Below are positions 37,413-46,900 of a stretch of 64,000 nt of DNA, piece by piece (the stretch's first letter is position 1; each line of letters opens with the position of its first letter). Under the pieces are notes generated by a model that had not been told where the DNA came from, did not search any database, and was given only the letters and a program-made list of their open reading frames with translations. Both the position numbers and the translations under genes were made by a program. The stretch lies in the IMG/VR virus record IMGVR_UViG_3300042691_008788, positions 92,619 through 156,618 of that record; one strand, 5' to 3'. This stretch comes from a virus.

Positions 37413-39239
37413 TCAGAGTATTCTTCTCTTTCCTTCAAGGACACCTGTTCTCACGGCAACAGTAAGTAACTTATCTACAGCATCCCATGCAAACACAGTA
37501 CCTTTGACTTTTCCGTCTCTAGTTTCATATGTTTGACCAGGAATAAATGAATTTTCAGAAAAATCGAGTGTCGAACCGACAGCATCTTTCATTCGTATTT
37601 CAATAGTCGATTGACCGCTGAATGCTGAGAAACATCTATTTGTTTCAAGTGCTGATGAGTTGAATGCACAGAATCCATATACAGAGCCAGTGCAAATGCT
37701 TCCGTAGGTCTTTACCGCAGAACCATTGTTAGCCAACACTCCATATGAGCAATTGCTGACGGTTACGCGGCCAAGATTACCCGCAGTGCTTCTATCACAA
37801 TAAACACCAACATGGAAATCTTTTATACCGATGTTGTATAACAGTCCCGCTCCAAGATCAGAAGGCTCGTTGTCTACAGGCTCTCCTAACTTGGATCCAA
37901 CTGCATGTATTGCAGTCTTATTGCTATAGCCACTTGTTATTCTACTTGAACCACCAAGCAATGAGTAGTACATGGGCATTGCCATGCCATCAAAGAAAAT
38001 GTTTTGTACTTTCCTGAGTCCACCAGAGCGAATGGAAAGTATTGTGCCTTGTTTTCGGAAAACAGTCGGCAACAACTTTACAGTGACTATGTTTGTATTA
38101 ATCGATTTCCAGTTGGCAGAAAGTCCAATGCCACCAGTACCAGCAATATTAACTCTGTGTTCGTGATAGTTTGGACCAAAGCGAATGAAGTCATTCATCA
38201 TGGAGCCAGCGGGACCAGTCCAACTATAGTTGCTTCCGCTCAGACCACCCAAAATATTTGTATACTGAAACGAAGCAGTGTGTCCCTGATTGTTTGGACC
38301 AGAAGCACTCAATGCTCCTATCGGAAATGTAAGTCCAGCGAAGTTGCTAGTTGCCCCAATGGGTATTCCACTGCTTGCTGTAGTTCCGTAGTATCCAACG
38401 GGAACACTACTGATGTAGTGTCCTCTACCGTTTTGAGATGCAGTAAGAAGCCATGCATTTGATGTTGCCTCGCTTGAGTCAGCGGTTGTTCCACCAAACT
38501 GGGCACCATAGTAGGCATTGCCATACATTCTTGCCCATGCGGTATTGCCTGGTGGGATAGGAACAGCAAACCAATCATCTCGGATAGAAGACTGAACAGT
38601 CAATATACCATTCGTAACACCAGTTAACTTATGACAACCTAATATTGATGATTGTCGGGATATGTTATTTCGTGGATTCTTTGGATAAGCACCGTAATAG
38701 TAGATTGGATTGTAATCTGTATCAAAGACCAATCCATAGTCCTCTATGATCACACCATATCCAGAGATTCTTTCTGAAACACCAGTTCCAGCAGAATCAT
38801 CTAGTACTGTGAATCCAGTGCTGTCGTTTGGTCGCACACAAGACATCTGAATTTCGTGTGTGACTCCGCTGTAGTATCCTGAATAACCCGCTGCTGTTAG
38901 TCCATATGATCGATAGTATTGAACATATTGCAATACAAGAATCTCTGGATCAGCACCAATCATCGCGACTCTCTCGCCTTGAGGGTGGTCGAACAGAATT
39001 GTGTCTTCTATGTCATAGATTCCACTGGCAAAGTTTATGGTTACAAATCCAGACTCTGAAATGATCTTGTCTGAGAGATACTGTATTGCTCTATGGGGAG
39101 TTCTAAATGGAGAATCTTGATCAACACCCGTATTCAATACATCATCGCCATATGGAGAAACATAGACATTGAGATTTGTCGCAATGACTACCTTCTCTCC
39201 TTCGGGAAGATTTACTCTATGTGCTGAAAATTCGCTCAT
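37413..39239 (-). CDS. Tail fibre/spike-like protein with pectin-lyase-type N-terminus and beta-helix rungs
   Basis: VYVSPYGDD..G...SPFRT..RAIQYL and INFASGIY, then GVYCD..VTVSNCSYGVLA rungs. Confidence 0.65.
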   Translation of the reverse strand: MSEFSAHRVNLPEGEKVVIATNLNVYVSPYGDDVLNTGVDQDSPFRTPHRAIQYLSDKIISESGFVTINFASGIYDIEDTILFDHPQGERVAMIGADPEILVLQYVQYYRSYGLTAAGYSGYYSGVTHEIQMSCVRPNDSTGFTVLDDSAGTGVSERISGYGVIIEDYGLVFDTDYNPIYYYGAYPKNPRNNISRQSSILGCHKLTGVTNGILTVQSSIRDDWFAVPIPPGNTAWARMYGNAYYGAQFGGTTADSSEATSNAWLLTASQNGRGHYISSVPVGYYGTTASSGIPIGATSNFAGLTFPIGALSASGPNNQGHTASFQYTNILGGLSGSNYSWTGPAGSMMNDFIRFGPNYHEHRVNIAGTGGIGLSANWKSINTNIVTVKLLPTVFRKQGTILSIRSGGLRKVQNIFFDGMAMPMYYSLLGGSSRITSGYSNKTAIHAVGSKLGEPVDNEPSDLGAGLLYNIGIKDFHVGVYCDRSTAGNLGRVTVSNCSYGVLANNGSAVKTYGSICTGSVYGFCAFNSSALETNRCFSAFSGQSTIEIRMKDAVGSTLDFSENSFIPGQTYETRDGKVKGTVFAWDAVDKLLTVAVRTGVLEGKRRIL

Positions 39240-39249
39240 TTAGTTGACC

Positions 39250-41130
39250 TCAAAGTGCGGTTCCGCCGCCGTAAATAGTAAGATTTAGATACTGAAAGTT
39301 ATCACTGAATGTAGAACCCATTATATCGTAGACCTTAACACCAAAAGTAAGCCCTTCTAGTGTGTATGGATTGGCAATGAACATCTGTGTAGCACCAGAT
39401 CCATTCTTTACAACAGTTGCCTCGACTATGTATTTGTCCTGATCGGCTGTTCCCAATTCCGTGATCATATCATGCGTAAACCGATAGTCGCCAGTTCCGA
39501 GTCTTGCTACTGTCCATGTTCCGCTTCCATAAGAAATATCCACTGTGCAGCCAGCACCAGATGATGCTCTTGCCCATCTCTTTGCCGTGTTCTTGGCAAT
39601 GATTGCCCCGCCACCATTTGGACCAAGTCGATATAGTTTCGCCACAGAATCCTTGCGAGTCTTAATGATCCAATACATCACGACATGCTGTGGAACATTG
39701 TTGTGTTCAAGTCCCCCACCAGCATTGTTGATTTGACCCGATATTATTGGAGTCAAACCTGCGGCAGATACATTAATAGATCCAGTTATTGTGTGACTGT
39801 GCGCTCCAGAAACAGTGGTTATGTTTTGCTGTGGGACAGTATTTGAAGGATTTGGAGTGCCTGGAGCAAGATTTGCGATTATTCCTTTAGCATTTGAATT
39901 ATCGTCACCATTTCTACCAGTACTGAATGGCCTTCCAAGATGGGTGTGCGCTCCGTCTGTGCTTGTTGCTAGATTGTGTGATGCAGCAACAGTTCCAGAA
40001 AGTGATCCAGTCAATCCATGCAAGTGCGTGTGGATTGGCATTTCACTAGAAAGAAGAGTGTGATACTCTTCTCCACCATTTCTTCCTATGAAATAGGTGC
40101 CAAATGCACTGTCTTCAGCACCAGTTATTCCTCTAGATTCACCGACGATAAACCGCGATCTCAGATCTGGTTTCTTGAATTTTGCTGGTGATGCAACCGA
40201 TGTTATCAAAAATTCTTCGACGGTTCCATCGTTTAGTGTTATCCTGATGAATCCACCAGCACCAAGAGTTATTCCATGGTACTGTCCTATCTGAGTTCCG
40301 CTCACATAGGTGGGTGATACTAGTATCTCTGCATTTGTTATTATTCCAAGACCGCTGCTAGATGATATGGTGCCACTTAGAAAGGTTGCTTCAATGGTTG
40401 CTGCTCCACCAATCGTCGGAGAATACGAGAACTTTTTTCCTATGAGTTCCGAACTTGAAATATTGACAAGACCAGCACCCGCCAGTTTAGAAAATGATGC
40501 GACTTGGCTGAATCCATAGATTTTGCCGTCATCAAGTGCAGCATATAGATCTGGATATGTGGCGATAGAGAGAAGTCCACCATCACAAAGTTCCCAACCC
40601 GCTGGAATATCTGCTGTCTGTCCAGCAAAAGCCAAAACAGATCCAACTGGTTGTATCTCGCTGATATCTACACTTGAATCACCTTGGATGACATCTCCAG
40701 CCGTATTGATGATGATTCCGTCAAAGTCTGTCCCCATCAAATCGCTATTTACCATCATCACTGGCTTGATAACGCTACCAGGAGTTGATGGTGGAGTGAT
40801 TGACATCTTTCCAGCATTTGTGTCTGAAAGATAGAATACTTGTGCTGCTGTATATCCAGCACCTATTGCAGAGAACAATGCGCTTGGTAGATTGATTTCA
40901 CCTGAGTAGACAAGAACTATTTCTGTTCCGCTTATGCTCTCGACAACTCCAACAAAGTTTGCATTTGTCGTGTTGTTTGCCCTTGCAGGGATGTAGTAGT
41001 CGTTTGTTGGATCATATCTGACAACATCACCAACAGTTAGAACGCCACCACAGGCACCAGAAATGTCTATCTTGTGCCGCACCGAGCGGACATCTGCTAA
41101 TATAACTGGATCAAATGCACTTGTTCCCAT
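39250..41130 (-). CDS. Tail-collar domain fibre protein
   Basis: PVGSVLAFAG..IPAGWELCDG..YPDLYAAL, PDLRSRFIVG, GGEEYHTL...EMPIHTH and HNNVPQHVVMYWIIK. Confidence 0.85.
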   Translation of the reverse strand: MGTSAFDPVILADVRSVRHKIDISGACGGVLTVGDVVRYDPTNDYYIPARANNTTNANFVGVVESISGTEIVLVYSGEINLPSALFSAIGAGYTAAQVFYLSDTNAGKMSITPPSTPGSVIKPVMMVNSDLMGTDFDGIIINTAGDVIQGDSSVDISEIQPVGSVLAFAGQTADIPAGWELCDGGLLSIATYPDLYAALDDGKIYGFSQVASFSKLAGAGLVNISSSELIGKKFSYSPTIGGAATIEATFLSGTISSSSGLGIITNAEILVSPTYVSGTQIGQYHGITLGAGGFIRITLNDGTVEEFLITSVASPAKFKKPDLRSRFIVGESRGITGAEDSAFGTYFIGRNGGEEYHTLLSSEMPIHTHLHGLTGSLSGTVAASHNLATSTDGAHTHLGRPFSTGRNGDDNSNAKGIIANLAPGTPNPSNTVPQQNITTVSGAHSHTITGSINVSAAGLTPIISGQINNAGGGLEHNNVPQHVVMYWIIKTRKDSVAKLYRLGPNGGGAIIAKNTAKRWARASSGAGCTVDISYGSGTWTVARLGTGDYRFTHDMITELGTADQDKYIVEATVVKNGSGATQMFIANPYTLEGLTFGVKVYDIMGSTFSDNFQYLNLTIYGGGTAL

Positions 41131-41142
41131 CGTAATCCTCTT

Positions 41143-43752
41143 TTAGAGTTCTGCCTCTGCTTCGTAATACATTACAAACCATGATGTTGAATTATGGGGG
41201 GCAAGGAATCCCCCATTGTGTTTATAATATCCCGTTATTACACTTGATGCTCCACCAGGTGAACTTGCCTTTGTGTTCAGTGTATAAGTTGGAGTTCTCA
41301 TCTTAACTGGGAATGTTATCTGAGGATAAATGCCAGTCGCAACATAGATAGCATCCATGTTTGTAGTTGTGCTATAACTTATTGAGCCATCAGTGAAGAA
41401 TCTATATGGTCGCTCATAAGTAGTTCCATTTGCATTCGTCTGATAGTATCTCATGCACTTCTGCATTTCAGAAGTCTGATCCCTTAGATCAAACTCAGTT
41501 GCCTCTCTACCAGATTCAAGTTGAACCTGTGCAATCTCAATGCTATAACTGTTAGAATTGATAAGATTTGGATTGATTGCTTCAGATACATCCTTGCCAG
41601 TGACAAGATCCGAGCCAGCCCTCAAGAAGAATCGTAGTTCGGGACCATCTGTACCAGATGCGCCTATTAATCCATTAGAGCAATCTGGTAGGCTGAATGT
41701 ATGTGTAAACTTAGTCCACTCAGTTGGAACAATGGTGACGAATCCTGCAACTTTTTGCGAGTTCTGCTCAATGCCAGTTGATGCAAAGTCTGGTGCAGTA
41801 CCACCACCAAAGTCTCTTCTAAATGACACACCAAGTCTTGAGTTTGTTACTGTAGATCTTGCGTAGAAAGAAACGGTCGCATATCCCTTTGGCAGATTCT
41901 CAATACCCTCAATACGCTGATAAAGATAGGTGCTTGATCCCGCTGTATATCCTCCTGTACCTATTGAGAACTGCAATCCATAGTTGGAATATGCAGTTGA
42001 ACTTGGAAGATCACCAAGACCAAGTGGAGTTCTGTTTACACTGATGCCTAATCTATCCGCGGTCGAACCACCAGTGTTGACAAGTTTCCATCTATCAGCA
42101 GAATACCTGTCTGGTTCTGTGCTTGGATTTCTGTAGGAGAATGTTGTTCCTCTTTGCCAGATATCAAAGTTTCCATTTATCAACTTATTTCGCTGACCAG
42201 ATGAACTTGATAGTCCTATGCTCGTACCCGTGCTTGAATTGCTGTCTATCACAAGACCAACATAGTTCTGCACAACTGCTGTAGTTGGCGAGACTGCAAC
42301 CATCATTGGCTTGCGTACTGTGTTGACTGTGCTTGGGCTTTCAAGCGTCAACTCGCCTGGTTCCTCACCGAGGAAGTAGACCTGACCAGGTGAATATGTC
42401 AATCCAGTTGCTGAAAGGTCAATAAATCCAGAAATGGTGATCAAAGATGATGCCGATGACCCACCGTAATTTACCTTTGAGATTATTCCAATGGCTTCTG
42501 CTTCCTCTGGACTTGTGCATTGAGCCTTGACATATGAACCATAGAGTCGAGTACCAGAGGTGATTCCTTCTTCAAATCTAACAACATCACCAATGCTGAA
42601 CTCATTGGGATCATGACTGATTACGATTGTGGATGCATTCAACTTTGAGTAGAGTGCATCGTAGTCAACATTCTTTGCACCAACATAGTTCATCACCATA
42701 GCAGCAGTGCTACCTAGTGCGTAAAGTATCGGCTTCCTGACTCTACCTGTGATATATGGTGGAGTCTTGGTTATCTTTCCTGCCTCTGTATCGGACAAGA
42801 AGTAGAACTCACCAGTTCCAAGAGATGTCATTGAATCTTGGCTTGCAATGCAATCTGCAAAGTTGCCAGAGACATATCCAAGAAGATTCACATCGACAAA
42901 ATTTGATGTCGTATTTAGATTGACTGCTACACCAAAAGATTCAGCATTTGCTGGTGTATTCGCTAGAGCAAGAGTTACTCCATTTGTGGTTGTATCGTGA
43001 CGAACAACCATACCAAAGGTGAGGCCAATGCCAGTTATTCCACCAACTGGCATTGTAAATCTTTTTAGTAGCGATCCGTTGATGACGCGAGTTGAACCAT
43101 CACTTAGGAAAGCAAAGTTTCCATATGTGGTTCCTACAGAGTCAAAATATGTTTCAGTATCTACAGTTACTCCACCGCTGTGAGTGGTTATCGTAACGCG
43201 AGATGCGGGTGTATTGTCATCACCCTCGCTGAGTATGAACTTGTTGTTTCCCGAATAAAGTTTTGCATCACCAGCAAAAGCAAGACTGTCGCTGATGCGC
43301 CATGCTGTATAGGTCTTTCCGCCATCAAATGCTTTCCATAAGAAATATTTGTCGCCACATGCACCAGCAATGACAATACCGCCACCACCAGCATTGGTGA
43401 TTATGGCATCTGATGTTCCGCCTGTTCCTCCATCAGAACCTACAGCACCAAGAACAAGATTGTAATCATCAATGGTGATGAGGTTTGTGTTAACTGTGGT
43501 AACAGCCCCATTGAATGTGATATTACCCGTAAAAGTATGATCACCAGGAATGACTGTATCGATGTATATCGTCCCAATACCAGAGTCATCGACACTTACT
43601 GCGATACCAGTGTCTCCGTCTAGTTCATAAACCTTGACACGATTTAACTTGTCAATGATATCTGTGTTTGTCAGATTATACCATTCATAGAATGTATCCG
43701 ACAAAGTCAGGGGAGGGATTATGTAACTGATGCTTGATGGACCTGTCGGCAT
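41143..43752 (-). CDS. Fibre-like structural protein with two internal repeat domains and a C-terminal carbohydrate-binding-like domain
   Basis: LSDTFYEW N-terminus, GNITFNGAVTTVN shaft motif and RNKLINGNFDIWQRG...ADRW...TVSFYAR...AQVQLESG...CMRYY. Confidence 0.75.
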   Translation of the reverse strand: MPTGPSSISYIIPPLTLSDTFYEWYNLTNTDIIDKLNRVKVYELDGDTGIAVSVDDSGIGTIYIDTVIPGDHTFTGNITFNGAVTTVNTNLITIDDYNLVLGAVGSDGGTGGTSDAIITNAGGGGIVIAGACGDKYFLWKAFDGGKTYTAWRISDSLAFAGDAKLYSGNNKFILSEGDDNTPASRVTITTHSGGVTVDTETYFDSVGTTYGNFAFLSDGSTRVINGSLLKRFTMPVGGITGIGLTFGMVVRHDTTTNGVTLALANTPANAESFGVAVNLNTTSNFVDVNLLGYVSGNFADCIASQDSMTSLGTGEFYFLSDTEAGKITKTPPYITGRVRKPILYALGSTAAMVMNYVGAKNVDYDALYSKLNASTIVISHDPNEFSIGDVVRFEEGITSGTRLYGSYVKAQCTSPEEAEAIGIISKVNYGGSSASSLITISGFIDLSATGLTYSPGQVYFLGEEPGELTLESPSTVNTVRKPMMVAVSPTTAVVQNYVGLVIDSNSSTGTSIGLSSSSGQRNKLINGNFDIWQRGTTFSYRNPSTEPDRYSADRWKLVNTGGSTADRLGISVNRTPLGLGDLPSSTAYSNYGLQFSIGTGGYTAGSSTYLYQRIEGIENLPKGYATVSFYARSTVTNSRLGVSFRRDFGGGTAPDFASTGIEQNSQKVAGFVTIVPTEWTKFTHTFSLPDCSNGLIGASGTDGPELRFFLRAGSDLVTGKDVSEAINPNLINSNSYSIEIAQVQLESGREATEFDLRDQTSEMQKCMRYYQTNANGTTYERPYRFFTDGSISYSTTTNMDAIYVATGIYPQITFPVKMRTPTYTLNTKASSPGGASSVITGYYKHNGGFLAPHNSTSWFVMYYEAEAEL

Positions 43753-43753
43753 T

Positions 43754-43924
43754 TCAAGTTCTCTTTGCTATGATTTCTTCTACTAGGCTCTTTAGTCTAT
43801 TTATCTCTTCTTTGAGAGCCTCTATTTCTCGTCTCATCATTCTTTTTTCCAAAAGATCATGTGCCTTTGCTTTATTGCAAAGAAACACTGCTTTTGTTCG
43901 ATCATCTCGGATATAGTCTTTCAT
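43754..43924 (-). CDS. Small coiled-coil protein (56 aa) following the VrlC-like gene
   Basis: Below the ORF-track cutoff: MKDYIRDDRTKAVFLCNK...EIEALKEEINRLKSLVEEIIAKRT. ATGA overlap upstream and a 1-nt gap downstream. Confidence 0.75.
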   Translation of the reverse strand: MKDYIRDDRTKAVFLCNKAKAHDLLEKRMMRREIEALKEEINRLKSLVEEIIAKRT

Positions 43925-46900
43925 TCAACAGCCACCACCCGAAGATTCTTAACCTTGGGGATTGAACCGCTTGATGTTGAGTACATGCAAATCTTGACTG
44001 AGAATGTATCAAATTCCTTGGTTGAGGCCATCTTGTACATTATTTCTCTGAAGTCGAACTCGGATTGTGAATTCGTGCTTTGATTTCCTGTTTGGAAAGC
44101 ATCTGTTCCATCAACGCTCATAAGTACATACTTGTCTGTGGAGTTGAATCCAGCGTTTATTCGTGAGTCTGAAACCTTTCCATAGACAGCAATGAATGTT
44201 CCTGCTGGCTTATTGAGATCAAGTATTACCTTAAGTTCTGTTGCAGATTCCCCAATAGGCAATGTCACTTTCTTGGAGATATATCTTGCTACAGAAGAAT
44301 TAGCGGCACCAGATGTCGGTGTCAATTCCTCTGTAGTGCTGTTGCTACTGTCAATCACATTCTCAACAACCACAGTATTTGTCATATCCATGTCTATCAT
44401 CGGAGATAGAAGAGTTGGTGTGACAATGCTGGTTGCCAACTTTATGTTTAGCGATCCCGTTGAGTAAACCTGATATGGCGTGGACAGAGTCATATTTCTA
44501 TTTGGAACCACCGACATCTCGGTTGGAGCCATTATCTTTGTTGTAACTGATACTCCCGATGGAGCAAACACAACTGGATTTGGTTGTATCAGATTGACAG
44601 TGGCATTATCTTCAGCACCACCATAGTAGTTTTGAAGCACTATGTCGCCAGATGGTGATGAGAATTCACATCTGTTCAAGTTAAACATCAAGTCAATATT
44701 GTTGTCTCCAGTTGGCTCAGTGTTATTCTGTGGTTTGAACAATACCCCTCCAATGAAAGTGGATGCTATTCTTTCATTGGTAAGTATGTCAAAGTCTCCA
44801 ATATTTGCAGCAAACAAGGAGTAGTCTGATGTATTGCATCGAACAAGTATTGCATACCTACCAGGTGCAAGATAAACTGGAGTTGAAAATTTGAAGTTTG
44901 TTGCTGTCGGAGTGCTACTGTTTGCAGTAACAGACGAAGGATTCTTAACAACAGTACTAAATGGAAGAACCACAGACGGATGAGGCAATCCATTCACAAC
45001 TGGATGTATCTCAACTGTAACGGGTAGAGAAGAATCCTTGGTTGCAAAGAACAGATCAACACTCTCAAGGTAAAGACCATTTGGATAGAAATTCTGACTG
45101 ATCTCAAATGTCTGTGCAAGAGGATCGATCCACTGATTGTATTTGGCTGTGTTTATGCTCTTATCGCGATAGAGGGGATTACTGACAACTTTGTTGCTGT
45201 TTGGAGTCTGTTTCCTAATATCTGGTTGTCTGATCGATGAAACGCCATAATATTCATCTTCCTTGAGGCCAGACGCTCTATATGTGGTTTCAGCAATTGT
45301 GGTTGCATTCTCAACAACATTGTTAGCATTGTCAATTACACGAAGTATCTTATTTCCAACTTCAAACATATTTGCTGGAATATCAAATACCACATTGAGT
45401 AGAGATCCGTTTGAAGAATCTGTGATAAATGGTCCAGAAGAACCGTTTACAGTGCAATACTGATTCACATTGATGTTGTCGAAGAATACATGAACCGTTG
45501 TGTTTGGCTTCATGTTGTAGACATTGAATGTGAGTGTTTTTTCCCCTCGCATCAGAGGAACAACACTCTTGTTGAGTATTGTGTTTGTGGCTACTTGCTC
45601 GTAGAACTTCTTCTTTCTAAGACGAGTTATGTAATCATATTTCTGTGTTTCGAGTGCTGTTATGAACCTATCATATCCATCAACAATAATATTCTTTTTA
45701 TCAATATTAAGTCCAGAATTCACACCTCTTGGTTTGGAAAAGAAGGATGAGTTCTTTCTATTCTCTGCATCATCAAGTTCAACTGAAATTCCAGACCAAA
45801 TACTCTCCCAATCATTCCACTGTGAACCGTGTCCATAAGATCCAAGAATGTTTCCAGACAGCCAAGCATCATTTGCATTATCATCATTATTTTTGACGAA
45901 TGGGCGTGTAGTATTGTCATACCAGTAGTCTCCATGTGGAGTTATTTTGATATTTCCTACCCAATTTGGAAGATCAAAAGGATTTGCTTTTAGAGTCGTG
46001 CTGACTTTCGTTTGGGATATAACAGGTGTTGCAAACTTGGAGAAATTATGACATAGTATGTTATCTGTGGTTAAAGTAAGACCAGCCTCTGCTGTATTAT
46101 GCCTATACTCGTATGCTTCAGAGCGGAAAGAAGATCTTAGTTCTCCTCGTTCAATGTCAATAGAACATTGGTGATTTCGATCAGATACATCGGCAATTGA
46201 ATGTCCATCAAATGTATCAGTGATAATAGCCTTCACTATAGCATCTTCGCCCGTATTTAACTTTAGATTTGCAGAGATTATTCCCAATTCAAGTTCATTG
46301 AGAACCGCATATTGCTCAAGATCATTAACTCTGTTGGATATTTCTCCAATATCCTTCATAGTAAATCGTGAGTTTCCTATACGCTCGGCCTTAACATCTG
46401 TTGGGCTAAATGTGTATGCAGGAACACTTAGAACAAACAATGTCATCGAATCTGAAATGTCTTCTGGTACAATAGGGATTTCGCTAGGAACCCCGCGCAA
46501 TATAGAAGGAATAGGTGTTTCATCATCAGCAGAAAGATTTCTTCCAATAACCAACTTGTCTATTCTCGGCACATATGCTGTATATGAAGAAGATACAGTA
46601 AACTTGTCGGGAATTATTCCGTTTGAATAGGTCACATAAGGAGAATTAGTTCCTGCAACAGATGCCACAAACCTAAAATCGATGGCAGATGATAGTTGTA
46701 TTGATTGTCCCGATGTCGGACTTGTGTATACTGGAATATTTTCATACGATATTCCACGATACGATTCGACTGTGAGTGGACCATATCCAGTGTGTTCAAA
46801 GTAACTGTAGTTTACATTTATTGTAAATGTCGTATTGGCTTTGTATGTTGACAGATACTCTGGCTTAATATAAAGTTTTGATAGTTCATACTTCTGATCA

